This document shows, in pieces, positions 1 through 9,034 of a stretch of 59,435 bases of DNA (the stretch's first letter is position 1; each line of letters starts with the position of its first letter). The DNA is from an uncultured Gammaproteobacteria bacterium (GTDB lineage: Bacteria; Patescibacteriota; Patescibacteriia; DYHP01), in NCBI GenBank assembly GCA_964525225.1, contig CAZGDX010000002.1:1-59435 (forward strand), written 5' to 3'. A model generated the notes under the pieces. It worked only from the letters and a program-made list of their open reading frames with translations, was not told the DNA's origin and did not search any database. Made by a program: the position numbers and the translations under genes.

Positions 1-59
1 AAAATTTCGTCTTCTTTAACTTTATATTGTTTGCCTCCAGTTTTTATAATTGCGATCAT
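1..59 (-). CDS. rplU: 50S ribosomal protein L21, N-terminal fragment (gene runs off the left edge)
   Basis: Minus-strand ATG at 59-57 followed by MIAIIKTGGKQYKVKEDEI, the conserved L21 N-terminus. Truncated, so absent from the ORF track. Confidence 0.6.
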   Translation of the reverse strand, partial: MIAIIKTGGKQYKVKEDEI

Positions 60-196
60 ACCCAGTATATCAACTTCCAGAATTAAGCGTCTTGTAGATA
101 GTTCTATCTTGTTTGGCGCAATCTGGAAAATTAATAAATTATAATCATTTTAAGTTTATACGCCCGACACAACTGGAAGTTGTATTACTGGGCATA
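57..196. repeat. Start-codon-abutting hairpin element, copy E1 (CATA-CCCAGTA...TACTGGG-CATA family)
   Basis: Direct CATA at 57-60 and 193-196. Arms 60-80 and 173-193 are complementary except for a 3x3 internal mismatch. AT-rich loop of about 92 nt. The left CAT is the rplU start codon. Confidence 0.8.
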
Positions 197-390
197 TATT
201 TATATTCCCGTCTAAACCGGGAATCCATCAATTTATTTAGCTTTATTTAGCTTACCTTAAAAGATATTTTTTGTCAACCCCGCACATAGTTTCGGAATTA
301 TTTTCCGAAAAAATACCAAAAATTAGATAAATCGGCTTTACTATCTTAGCGGGGAAAAATTAACTTAGCAACCGCAAACTATGCGCATGG

Positions 391-903
391 TCAAATATTT
401 TTAATTTTATACCTCAATTGAAACACATTTTCATCCAATTTTAACATTTCTATCAATTCCAGGTCCAAATTCACGTCTGCGTTGTTAAAAAGCGGCAAGC
501 CGGTGCCAAAAATCTTCGGCTCAACCGTAAGCCAAACTTCATCTATAAAACCTTGCGACAGAAACAAACCGTTTATGGAAGCCCCTCCGCCGATTATTGC
601 CGTCTTAAATCCCCTGCTTTCAAGCTCGGTCAAAAGTTCCTTTGGTTGTTTATTGGTGAATTCCAAAGTTCCGGGAATATTTTTAGTTATGTCCGGCTCA
701 GGATTCATTACAATATTCAGCCGCCCGGGCAACGGCCGGCCGATGGTATCGTATGTCACCTGGCCCATAATTATCACGCCGGCTTTTTTTGTTTCTTCTA
801 CAAAAATTTTCTTGTCCGCCTTGCTGGTCCAGGTGGCCGCGTGCGTTGTGTGCTTGGCAATTTTTCCATCCACAGTAATCGCCATCATTAAAATTTTTTT
901 CAT
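391..903 (-). CDS. Dihydrofolate reductase-like protein (RibD C-terminal domain family)
   Basis: 170 aa. ITVDGKIA...IIMGQVTYDTIGRPLPGRLNIVM...IIGGGASING pattern typical of RibD_C/DHFR-like proteins. Lies immediately downstream of thyA. Ends in TGA. Confidence 0.7.
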   Translation of the reverse strand: MKKILMMAITVDGKIAKHTTHAATWTSKADKKIFVEETKKAGVIIMGQVTYDTIGRPLPGRLNIVMNPEPDITKNIPGTLEFTNKQPKELLTELESRGFKTAIIGGGASINGLFLSQGFIDEVWLTVEPKIFGTGLPLFNNADVNLDLELIEMLKLDENVFQLRYKIKNI

Positions 904-913
904 AATTAAACAG

Positions 914-1783
914 TTAGACAGCTACTTCAAAAGATATTTTTGGGTGGCTTTGATAGTTTATTAATTTTGTATCTTCCGCGCGCCAGTTAAAAATAGAGGT
1001 AAAATTTTCCGTTTCAATTTTCGGGAGCGGATAAAGATTTGTGTCGCGCGAAATTTGTTCTTTGGCGCCATCCGTATGATTTACATAAATATGCGTGTCT
1101 GCTAAAAATCCGACCAGCTTTCCTTCTTTTAATCCGGATTCTTTTGCCAAAAGATGAAGCAATATGGCATAACTTGCGATATTAAACGGAAGCCCGAGCA
1201 TTGTATCCACAGATCGCTGATTCCACAACAAATTCAATTTTCCGTTTATTACAGTCACTTGAAACGAATAATGACACGGGGGCAAAGCCATCTCGCCTAT
1301 CTTGCACGGATTCCAAGCGGAAACAATCATTCTCCGGTCATTTGGGTTTGTTTTCAATGTATCCACAACTCTTTTTAATTGATCAACTCCTTCCGAATAA
1401 TTTTCATCATATCCTTTATAATCCGTATTAAACCGCCTCCATTGAAATCCGTAGATCGGTCCCAAATCCCGCTCTTCCGCCATTTTTTTCTTCGTTTCTT
1501 CATCATTGCCATACGGAACTTTTTTCGGACTCGCCCATTCATCCCAAATATGATTTCCCCGTTCTTGAAGCCATTTTTTATCTGTTATGCCTTTTATAAA
1601 AAATTCCAGCTCTGTGGCAATAATCTTAAACGGCATTTTTTTTGTTGTAAGAAGAGGAAACCCCTGCGACATATCGTGTTCAAACATCGTGCCGGCAACG
1701 GCGATAGTGTCAATTCCGGTGCGGTTATGTTTCAACTCCCCTTTTTCCAAAATTGTTTTAACTATATCAAGATATTGTCGCAT
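914..1783 (-). CDS. thyA: Thymidylate synthase (ThyA type)
   Basis: 289 aa. MRQYLDIV...NRTGIDT...FPLLTTKK...PPCHYSFQ...NQRSVD...GLPFNIASYA motifs. Confidence 0.93.
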   Translation of the reverse strand: MRQYLDIVKTILEKGELKHNRTGIDTIAVAGTMFEHDMSQGFPLLTTKKMPFKIIATELEFFIKGITDKKWLQERGNHIWDEWASPKKVPYGNDEETKKKMAEERDLGPIYGFQWRRFNTDYKGYDENYSEGVDQLKRVVDTLKTNPNDRRMIVSAWNPCKIGEMALPPCHYSFQVTVINGKLNLLWNQRSVDTMLGLPFNIASYAILLHLLAKESGLKEGKLVGFLADTHIYVNHTDGAKEQISRDTNLYPLPKIETENFTSIFNWRAEDTKLINYQSHPKISFEVAV

Positions 1784-1809
1784 AATTTTTTATTCCATAA
1801 TTTAATTTA

Positions 1810-1841
1810 TCACAGACCTTCGCGTTCGCGAAGGTCTGTGA
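1810..1841. terminator. Perfect GC-containing palindrome between thyA and the DUF192 gene
   Basis: tcacagaccttcgcg/cgcgaaggtctgtga inverted repeat. T7 run on the plus side, weaker U-tract on the minus side. Confidence 0.45.
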
Positions 1842-1846
1842 TTTTT

Positions 1847-2290
1847 TTAATATTTTATTTCTATAACGCTTCCTATTTCCAAATTATTACTTTCCGCAAA
1901 ATTCGCGGGGAATTCCAAAACATAATTTGCATCTTCGCGCGGATAAAAAATAAAACTTGTATCAAGCTCGGGAGAGGCATTTGGCGAAATATCCACAATC
2001 TTGCCGTTGTTAAGCCAGATGATATCTATGGGGAAATTCATATCTTTCATCCAAATTCCGTGTTTGCCAAATTTTGAAAAATCAAAAAGCATTCCGCTTA
2101 TGTCGCCAAAATTCTCGCGACCGGATAGTCCTTGAATCCGTTTTACCGTTGTATTGGCGATTTCAACCCGCCATTCTTTATTATTTATAACAACAACGCC
2201 GTATTTCGGAACTCTTTCAAAAATCTTAAGCGCCAGTGCGCTTACAATCACTACCGCGATAATTGCCAATATAAAATATTTTTTGTTCAT
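1847..2290 (-). CDS. DUF192-family secreted/membrane-anchored protein
   Basis: 147 aa. N-terminal TM helix. GLSGRE...GMLFDF...GIWMKDMNFPIDIIWLNNGKIVDI pattern typical of DUF192. Confidence 0.65.
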   Translation of the reverse strand: MNKKYFILAIIAVVIVSALALKIFERVPKYGVVVINNKEWRVEIANTTVKRIQGLSGRENFGDISGMLFDFSKFGKHGIWMKDMNFPIDIIWLNNGKIVDISPNASPELDTSFIFYPREDANYVLEFPANFAESNNLEIGSVIEIKY

Positions 2291-2300
2291 ATTGTAAAAA

Positions 2301-2615
2301 TTATGATTCTTCTAAAATTATTTTTTCTTTAAACGCGCCTCGTTCTTCAGCTTTCTTCATTTGCGCCGTATTTATATCTTCTTTACTGAAATTTTTATAA
2401 TCGCATATCGCGCCAAGCACTTCTTGAATATCCGCCATCTCTTCAATTGTTTCGCTTTCAAAAAATTCTTTTGATTCTTCCAATAATTTTTCTTTTAATT
2501 TTTCCCAATATTCTTTTTCATCGGCAATATGAACAACCGGCATTCCGCCTTTGCTTTTTATGTATTCCGGAATTTTATCTCTGACCAATTTATCGTATTT
2601 CATAATTATCCCCAT
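2301..2615 (-). CDS. MazG-like nucleoside triphosphate pyrophosphohydrolase (small all-alpha type)
   Basis: 104 aa. [11 protein letters not shown]...KLLEESKEF...[10 protein letters not shown]...KKAEERGAF pattern. Alternative ATG at 2603. Confidence 0.55.
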   Translation of the reverse strand: MGIIMKYDKLVRDKIPEYIKSKGGMPVVHIADEKEYWEKLKEKLLEESKEFFESETIEEMADIQEVLGAICDYKNFSKEDINTAQMKKAEERGAFKEKIILEES

Positions 2616-3674
2616 CTATTTCCTTCTATACAATTTTACCACGCCAACCGCCAGAATAACCATTATAATTGCAAGTATCAAAAACGCCACGGCTTTTTCT
2701 TTTGTCTGTAAAAAAACGCTGGCTCCGCCGAACAATCCGGCAAGAAGATAAAATGTGAGGACTGCTTGGCGATGAGAAAATCCAATATCCAATAATCTAA
2801 AATGAAGATGTTTGCGGTCGCCAAAAGCAAAAGATTTCTTTTCCCAAAAAACCCGCCGTAAGATTATCCAAGCCGTGTCAAAAACCGGAACGCCCAAAAC
2901 CAAAAGCGTGGTGGCAACTTTACTTCCGGAAATTATCGCAAGCGTCGCCAAAATAAATCCCAAAAAAACACTCCCGCCCTCGCCCAAAAAAATTTTAGCC
3001 GGATGAAAATTCCACGGCAAAAATCCGCAAATTGCGCCGGCAAAAATTATTGCAATAAGCGCCGTATCAAACTGCCGGACAAACGGAAGCAGACAGATAA
3101 AAAATATCACAAGCGTTCCGATTGCGGTGATGCCGGAGACCAATCCGTCCAGCCCATCCAAAATTTTCGTAGTGTACATTATCCCCAAAAGCCAGAAAAA
3201 AGTAATAATTCCGCCGGGAAAAAATATCTCCCGCCCGAAAATTATCGCAGAGAAAACATCAAAATTGATAATTCCGCCAAAAGGATTGCGGATATGGTGA
3301 ATACTCACTCCGCAAAAAATCACAATAAGCGAAGCAACTATTGGAAAAATTATCTGGTACCGCGCTTTTAAATTGTATTTATCGTCTAAAAATCCGCCAA
3401 TCATCAAAACCAATCCCCCTGCAAAAATACCGATTATATGGATTGGATGTATAAAATCACCAAAAAGACCTCCAACCCGCCAAAAATAAGCAATTACAAC
3501 GAAAAAAGCTATAAAAATAGCCGCTCCTCCCAAAAGCGGAACGGCCTTGCTGTGCGCTTTCCGCTCGCCGGGATAATCCAAAATTTTCAATTTCAAAGCC
3601 AAAAACTTCACTGCCGGCACAAGACAGATTGAAGCCGCAAAACTTGCGATAAAAGCTGTAAAAAAATTATACAC
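2616..3674 (-). CDS. Glycosyltransferase family 4, WecA/TagO-like undecaprenyl-phosphate sugar-1-phosphate transferase
   Basis: 352 aa polytopic membrane protein. ERKAHSKAVPLLGG, FLDDKYNL, ILDGLDGL and FLGEGGSVFLGF motifs. GTG start. Confidence 0.8.
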   Translation of the reverse strand: MYNFFTAFIASFAASICLVPAVKFLALKLKILDYPGERKAHSKAVPLLGGAAIFIAFFVVIAYFWRVGGLFGDFIHPIHIIGIFAGGLVLMIGGFLDDKYNLKARYQIIFPIVASLIVIFCGVSIHHIRNPFGGIINFDVFSAIIFGREIFFPGGIITFFWLLGIMYTTKILDGLDGLVSGITAIGTLVIFFICLLPFVRQFDTALIAIIFAGAICGFLPWNFHPAKIFLGEGGSVFLGFILATLAIISGSKVATTLLVLGVPVFDTAWIILRRVFWEKKSFAFGDRKHLHFRLLDIGFSHRQAVLTFYLLAGLFGGASVFLQTKEKAVAFLILAIIMVILAVGVVKLYRRK

Positions 3675-3860
3675 TGGACTATTATTGAAACGCGCTTTCT
3701 TTCTCAGAGAAAGAGCGATATTATTTATCAGTCATTTAAATTTTAGCAGGGAGCGGAAACTTATTCAACCATAGCTCAAAAGACACCTCTGCCTTTAAAA
3801 AACATCTCCCCTCCGCGCGTCCATTCGCAAGCGCGCATCCGCGGCATTTCGCAACACGAG

Positions 3861-3899
3861 AAAAAACAAAATCCGTTCCGGAACAAACCGGAACGGATT
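3861..3899 (-). terminator. Rho-independent terminator after the 90-aa membrane protein gene
   Basis: atccgttccgg/ccggaacggat 11-bp stem followed on the minus strand by TTTTGTTTTTT. Confidence 0.7.
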
Positions 3900-3907
3900 A
3901 AAATTTG

Positions 3908-4180
3908 TCACGGCCGCAAATTTCCATAATGAGATACGGCAAAAACAACATTAACAAACCAAATCAAAGATGCTATTAAAAGAATACAATCTCCCAAAAT
4001 CACTCCCGCCACAAAAAATGAAATGGCAGCAAAAACACACGCAAGCAATGTTGCGAAAGAAAAAATTATAGAATTACCCAATTTGTAACACCTGAACATA
4101 ATCATTACAAAAGCGACAATGCTCAAAAACCAGCTAAACCAATACAATATCTGTTCCGCGCTCATGTTTCCCCTTACCAT
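3908..4180 (-). CDS. Small hypothetical membrane protein (3 predicted TM helices)
   Basis: 90-aa ORF, strongly hydrophobic, followed by a good terminator. No recognisable family. Confidence 0.5.
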   Translation of the reverse strand: MVRGNMSAEQILYWFSWFLSIVAFVMIMFRCYKLGNSIIFSFATLLACVFAAISFFVAGVILGDCILLIASLIWFVNVVFAVSHYGNLRP

Positions 4181-4306
4181 CCGCGTTTTTGTGGAATGGT
4201 CCTTTTTTATTTTTAAACAACTTTCTTAAAAGGTACTAAATCAAAATCAATCTGTCAAGAACAAACACAAAAAATTGCGCATTCATCCTTGGGTAATTTT
4301 AGCAAT

Positions 4307-4666
4307 TTATTTTCTAAACAACATCCAGATGCCTGCAAGAATCAAAACCAATCCGAAAAATTGCGCCAAACCGATGTTTTCTTTGAAAAAGAAAAATGAA
4401 AAAATCGCGACAACCACTATCGCGCCGACAACCAGCGCCGGATACGCCACGCTTAAATTCATTTTTTGAAGCACGAAACTGAACGCCGGAAAAGAAATAA
4501 TCAACAAAAAAACTCCAAGCAAGATAAATGGATTTGTCAAAATTTTCGGAATTGACTGCAAAAAATTTTTCGCGGTAATCGCCGGAATTTTTGCAACGCC
4601 TATTTTCACGAAAATATTCGCGAAAGCATTGGCAAAAATTGTAAATATCAACATTAAATAAGCCAT
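4307..4666 (-). CDS. Small EamA/SMR-like (DMT superfamily) 4-TM transporter, ArnE/ArnF-like
   Basis: 119 aa with four hydrophobic helices. ANIFVKIG...AYPALVVGAIVVVAIFSFFFFKE...LILAGIWML pattern. Chosen over the overlapping 4314..4670 frame. Confidence 0.55.
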   Translation of the reverse strand: MAYLMLIFTIFANAFANIFVKIGVAKIPAITAKNFLQSIPKILTNPFILLGVFLLIISFPAFSFVLQKMNLSVAYPALVVGAIVVVAIFSFFFFKENIGLAQFFGLVLILAGIWMLFRK

Positions 4667-4674
4667 ACAATATT

Positions 4675-6615
4675 TTATTGTTTTATTGCCGAATAAATTT
4701 CATAATTTCCATCGCGATTATCGGCATAAATTATATGATAATTGCCATTCAAAACCGCGATTGACGGCTCAACCGAAAGCCCGTTTGAATTAGAGACATT
4801 TTGTTCCGCGATTAAAATTTTTCCGTCGGAATCTATTTCCATAAAATAAATCTCCGAATTGGTTTTGTCGGCCGAACCGCGGTAGTCCGCCCAAACAATA
4901 CCGAACTTGTCTCCGTTTTTAACAATTTTAGGCGATTCCGAATCTCCGCTTGTTTTTGTGGTCAGACGGATTGCGTTGCCGACCTTATCCCCAACCGAAC
5001 TCAATCTCTGATAGTAAATTTCATAATGCCCGCTTGAAGAATCGGCAACTTTTTCCTGCCAGACAATCCCATAATTCAAACCATCCCAATAAATTGCCGG
5101 ATTTGTTGATTCTTCCGAGGTTTCGGTTATTCTTTTTTCTTCTCCTCCCAAAACATTTCCTTGTTCATCATTCCGTAAAAAATAAATATCGCTTTGTCCA
5201 TTTCTGCTGTCCGCCCAAACTGACACGTATTCTTCATTGCCCCAGACAACTTCCGGTTTAAATTCATCCGATAAGGTAATTACCAATTTCGTATTATCTC
5301 CGATAAGTTGCCCTGTTTGGCTGATTTTTTGATAATGCAAAGACCCTTTTGTAAAATTGTAATCCGCGCCCGCGTTTGAATCCCACCAAAAAATTCCAAA
5401 ATCACTTCCGCTCCAAACAATTTTTGGATTTTTCGCGTGGCCGATACTGCTGGCAGAGACAGTTTTTTCCACAAACTGACGTCCGCCATATGCATCCAGC
5501 CGGACAAAATAGATTCTTCTGCTGGTTATCTTGAAATCTTCCCAAGCAATTCCAAAATCAAGACCGCTCCATGCAATTGATGGGTCTGTGGATTCGTTGC
5601 TGTTGTAAGATGCAACCGACGGGCCGACGTTTAATTTTCCGTCATTCCCAATAATTCCGAATTTTATCTCATCAATATTGCTGCTGGAATCATCTGTCCA
5701 GACGGCGCCCAAATTATCCGCGGAAGCAAAAACAGACGGATTTTTTTGGCGGAAAAAAGAGCCGGTTAAATTATAATTTCCCCATCCGTCAAGGGTGGTA
5801 AAACTTAACTCTTCACTTTCTTTTTTTAAGCCATCCGCGGTTTCGGCGATTATTTTGTAATAATAAGTCGTTTTTGGCAAGAGATTTAAAAGCGAAACGT
5901 TTTGCAATGAAAGAAAACCGGTTAAAGAAACTTTTACGGGCGCAATCTCGTTAAGCGGTTTGTCGCTATATTGCAATTCGCCCTTTGCCGCCGAATTGGT
6001 TTGCCAGCTTATTTTCGCGGCAGATGAAGTTATGCCGGTTGCCGACGCGCCGACTATGCTTAAACCGCAAATGATTGAATCGGTTACGCATTGCAAATTT
6101 TTGTTATCATTTATCGTCGGCGCGGAATTTTTTTGAGTTTCCGCGTTATAATCGCTTGCCGAAACCACATCCGCGCCAACCGAGTAATTGGTAAAAAAGG
6201 CGTCAGGGATATCTTCTATTTTTTCATTCCAATCCGCGCCATACAAAGAAATAGCCAGCGCTTCTGTCTTAACCCAACGTAAAATTCCGCCTTGCGCTAC
6301 CGCGTAAACCTTTGGGTCTGTCTGAATTTTTACCATTTTTATGCCCGGTCTGTAAGTAACATTCCCGCCGATTTGAATTGTTGCCAATTCTTCATCGGTA
6401 ATTGTTTTTACCGTGGAAAAATCGGAATACCATGTCTTATAAGTTTTTTCATTTGGAAAAACATATCTTTTCCCGTCGGCTCCGTAATAATAAACCGCCG
6501 GCTGACTTGCTTTTATCAAGTCGCCGGACATTATTGATGCAGCCGACGCGTCTCCGGCCGGAAAAATAAAAAACAATAATGAAAAAATCATTAAAAGTGG
6601 AAGTATTTTTTGCAT
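4675..6615 (-). CDS. Secreted protein with an FN3-like domain and about 8 W-x-D/IY beta-propeller-like repeats
   Basis: 646 aa. Signal peptide ...PAGDASA. FN3-like segment (ISWQTNSAAKGELQY...TYYYKI). Repeated P.I.W.G..FGI.W.D....IY units. Confidence 0.6.
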   Translation of the reverse strand: MQKILPLLMIFSLLFFIFPAGDASAASIMSGDLIKASQPAVYYYGADGKRYVFPNEKTYKTWYSDFSTVKTITDEELATIQIGGNVTYRPGIKMVKIQTDPKVYAVAQGGILRWVKTEALAISLYGADWNEKIEDIPDAFFTNYSVGADVVSASDYNAETQKNSAPTINDNKNLQCVTDSIICGLSIVGASATGITSSAAKISWQTNSAAKGELQYSDKPLNEIAPVKVSLTGFLSLQNVSLLNLLPKTTYYYKIIAETADGLKKESEELSFTTLDGWGNYNLTGSFFRQKNPSVFASADNLGAVWTDDSSSNIDEIKFGIIGNDGKLNVGPSVASYNSNESTDPSIAWSGLDFGIAWEDFKITSRRIYFVRLDAYGGRQFVEKTVSASSIGHAKNPKIVWSGSDFGIFWWDSNAGADYNFTKGSLHYQKISQTGQLIGDNTKLVITLSDEFKPEVVWGNEEYVSVWADSRNGQSDIYFLRNDEQGNVLGGEEKRITETSEESTNPAIYWDGLNYGIVWQEKVADSSSGHYEIYYQRLSSVGDKVGNAIRLTTKTSGDSESPKIVKNGDKFGIVWADYRGSADKTNSEIYFMEIDSDGKILIAEQNVSNSNGLSVEPSIAVLNGNYHIIYADNRDGNYEIYSAIKQ

Positions 6616-6758
6616 ACCCAGTATATCAACCCAGTAGCATAACCTTCGGTTCGCTACCGGGCTTCGCTTTCAGATGTTTAAAAGCGGAGTGAACGATAGT
6701 GAGCGGAGTCCAGTATAAAAGCGTTAGCTTTTTATACTGGGTTGTATTACTGGGCATA
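6613..6758. repeat. Start-codon-abutting hairpin element, copy E2
   Basis: Direct CATA at 6613-6616 and 6755-6758. Outer arms cccagtatatcaac / gttgtattactggg are identical to E1. Fills the gap between the stop at 6762-6764 and the start at 6613-6615. Confidence 0.85.
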
Positions 6759-6761
6759 ATC

Positions 6762-7691
6762 TTAATCAACTAAAATTTTTAAATCTTTTATTGAAATTAT
6801 CCTGTTTTGATTATCCACAAGTCGACCCGAGATATCATATGTTCCTTTTTCCATTATAATCGGTCCTAGGTCTATCCATAAATCGTCGCTTGGCATCATC
6901 TTGTCTATTTGATTTCTGTAAATTTTATCCCCAACCTGCAAAATAAATTCTCCTGAAAAAAATTTGCATTCGTCATCCCTCCGTTTTATGTGCGCCCGGA
7001 TGTAAAAAGGGTCATCCGCCTTCGGCAAAGTTTTCGCGTATAAACTTTCAATCCAGATGTTGTAAAGCTTTTCGGAATCGGAAAGAAGTATTTTCTCTTC
7101 CTGATTTTTAGCAGCTTCTTCCTCGGCTTTTTTATCCTCTATCGCCGCTTCCGCCCTTTTTATCTGATAAACTATTATCTCTTTTACCGGCTCTGACGCG
7201 TTTTCAATTATCATATTTGATAATTTTTCAGCGGCCGCGATTCCATTTTCAATAATTGTTTTTGTTTCAACAGGCGCCGATTCTTGCGCCACCGCCAAAA
7301 CTTCTTTTTGCGCCAAAATTTGCTCGCTCACCGCTTTTTCCCATCCGGAAGCGTCTTCGCCGGCTTCCTTTATTTTTTCAATTTGCTTTATCGCTTTTGA
7401 AAAATAATTTTCGTTCTGTTCGTAAACTTTTGCTAAAAGATTTGTTTTGTTTTTGTCTTCCAAATCTTTCAATTCGCCTATTTTTTCTTTTGAAAATTCC
7501 AATATTTTTTCAAGTTTTTCATCCGGGCTGTTCAAAAACGCGAGTTTCAGACGCTCAAATAAATTATCAAAAAAATAAATGCCATTATCCGCGTTTACTC
7601 CTGCCGGCGTTATAGTTGAAAATTTGTAAACAGAAAAACAAACTATAAACGCGCCCGCGACTACAAAAATAATTAAGCGCACGCTTGACAT
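6762..7691 (-). CDS. Hypothetical membrane-anchored coiled-coil protein
   Basis: 309 aa. N-terminal TM helix, E/K-rich helical middle, beta-rich C-terminus. No family recognised. Confidence 0.5.
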   Translation of the reverse strand: MSSVRLIIFVVAGAFIVCFSVYKFSTITPAGVNADNGIYFFDNLFERLKLAFLNSPDEKLEKILEFSKEKIGELKDLEDKNKTNLLAKVYEQNENYFSKAIKQIEKIKEAGEDASGWEKAVSEQILAQKEVLAVAQESAPVETKTIIENGIAAAEKLSNMIIENASEPVKEIIVYQIKRAEAAIEDKKAEEEAAKNQEEKILLSDSEKLYNIWIESLYAKTLPKADDPFYIRAHIKRRDDECKFFSGEFILQVGDKIYRNQIDKMMPSDDLWIDLGPIIMEKGTYDISGRLVDNQNRIISIKDLKILVD

Positions 7692-7772
7692 ATTAAATCC
7701 CGAATTTTAATGCAAAAAATATTTATATGTTTCCATTATAACAGAAATCCACAGGTGTTGCATTTATAAATG

Positions 7773-7781
7773 TGGTATAAT
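7773..7781 (+). promoter_or_regulatory. Extended -10 promoter candidate (TGgTATAAT) for the 7838 gene
   Basis: tggtataat lies 56 nt upstream of the ATG. No properly spaced -35. AT-rich context raises the false-positive risk. Confidence 0.35.
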
Positions 7782-7837
7782 TAAATTATCAACAAGCAAT
7801 AAAAAAAATAAATTAATTAACTATTTAATTTTTTAAT

Positions 7838-8533
7838 ATGCCTACAAAACGTTTTGCGCCAAAGCCAAAAAGCTTTTGCGGAAAAATCAAAAACGCAATC
7901 GTGGAAAGAAAATTTTTCTTTTCCGTTTTGTTTTTGATTTTCAGCGTCTTTGTTTTTGTAATGGGGACGCAAGTATTTTCGCCTTATTCCACATTTTCAA
8001 AAACTTTAATAAAAAATTCCCGCGTGCAGGTGAAAGTAGCGGAAAATGTCCGCGTTGCGACTCTCTTTCCTTCAGAAGACGGATTTTACGGGAATTGGGA
8101 CGCGAATGTCCGCACCGACGACCACTTCACACTTGTTGATGAACAAAAATGCAGCGGAGAAGATTATATTTCTTCGGATATTTACAAAAACATGGAATCG
8201 TTTAGAGTAAATATCTCTAAAATTCCGGACGGTTCCGCGATAAAACAAATTGACATCATTCCTTGCGCCGCGCACGTAAAGCAATCGGGTTCTCCCTCCG
8301 CCATTCAGACATTTTACCGGCTTGATGGCATAGACAGCTTTATGATAAGCCACATTCTCGCGGACTCTGTTTATCCGACAGAAACCACAATCGCCAGCTG
8401 GAAAAACTTGAACCTGATAAAAATTCCGGAATCAACTCTTGAAATCGGATTGCGGAACGCGGGCGGAGACAGAGGTGTTAAGGTTGGCGGCATAAAAATG
8501 CAGGTCAAATACGTTCCTCCGGCAGGAAAATAA
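7838..8533 (+). CDS. Hypothetical membrane-anchored extracytoplasmic protein
   Basis: 231 aa with one TM helix near residue 25. No family recognised. Confidence 0.5.
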   Translation: MPTKRFAPKPKSFCGKIKNAIVERKFFFSVLFLIFSVFVFVMGTQVFSPYSTFSKTLIKNSRVQVKVAENVRVATLFPSEDGFYGNWDANVRTDDHFTLVDEQKCSGEDYISSDIYKNMESFRVNISKIPDGSAIKQIDIIPCAAHVKQSGSPSAIQTFYRLDGIDSFMISHILADSVYPTETTIASWKNLNLIKIPESTLEIGLRNAGGDRGVKVGGIKMQVKYVPPAGK

Positions 8534-8547
8534 TAAAGTGATAAAAT

Positions 8548-8585
8548 AAAAAAATCCATTCCCAATTTCCGGAGTGGATTTTAAT
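8548..8585. terminator. Bidirectional terminator between convergent genes
   Basis: 10-bp stem aatccattcc/ggagtggatt (one G-U pair) flanked by an A-run and a T-run. Confidence 0.5.
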
Positions 8586-8586
8586 T

Positions 8587-8865
8587 TCAGCTAAAACTTT
8601 TTTGCGGCAAAAGACACATAAATTCTCCTGCTCTGCCTTCGCAATTATCCGCGGAATGAATCACGTCGTCAGCCAGCTCTTCTGGAGTTTCACAAAGCAA
8701 TTCATCAATCTTTTTAGAATGTTTAATTCCACTCGCGGTATTTTTCGCGCAAATCGGAACTGCCCTGCCGTTAATCATCACATATCGCAAAAACCTGCAC
8801 TTCTCTTTTCCTTTCCCGCCTTTCCAGCAAACTTTTTTGATATAATCTTTTTCCAAACCCTGCAC
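8587..8865 (-). CDS. Small cysteine-containing hypothetical protein
   Basis: 92-aa ORF with 6 Cys. No family recognised. Confidence 0.4.
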   Translation of the reverse strand: MQGLEKDYIKKVCWKGGKGKEKCRFLRYVMINGRAVPICAKNTASGIKHSKKIDELLCETPEELADDVIHSADNCEGRAGEFMCLLPQKSFS

Positions 8866-9034
8866 TTTATCTACCTGTTTTTCCGTTCTTTAATGATAAT
8901 TTTAATGATTTTGTATCCCAACTGGGGCCACAACCAAGGTCGGTAAAGAAGATATCTGAGGTCAATTCCCATTGGCATCGGCATTTTGCGCCCTCTTTCT
9001 TTTTTTTATTTTTAAAGTTCAAAAAATAAACTGA

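Noticed and set aside
57-196. E1 interpreted as the known L21 (rplU) ribosomal leader
   Set aside because: The same termini and CATA duplication occur in front of two unrelated secreted-protein genes (E2, E3). A gene-specific leader is therefore an insufficient explanation.
391-903. Possibility that the genome uses a TGA-recoded genetic code (code 4 or 25)
   Set aside because: Conserved genes (DHFR-like 391, M16 peptidase 13918, GT2 23965, glyQS 16708) terminate at TGA at the expected C-termini. No conserved gene contains an internal TGA. The only in-frame TGA noticed is in the odd small ORF at 38722-38724.
1379-2077. 232-aa plus-strand ORF overlapping thyA and the DUF192 gene
   Set aside because: It is an antisense shadow ORF with an implausible Phe/Ile/Arg-rich composition, and it spans an intergenic terminator.
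3675-3860. 233-nt GC-patchy region upstream of the WecA-like gene considered as a riboswitch
   Set aside because: It contains hairpins (3692-3718; gcgcg...cgcgc around 3822-3845). I could not match it to any riboswitch consensus I know, so it is left unassigned pending an Rfam scan.
4314-4670. 118-aa alternative-frame ORF overlapping the EamA/SMR-like gene
   Set aside because: It has a charged, Arg/Phe-rich, non-membrane composition. The 4307..4666 frame gives a coherent 4-TM transporter.
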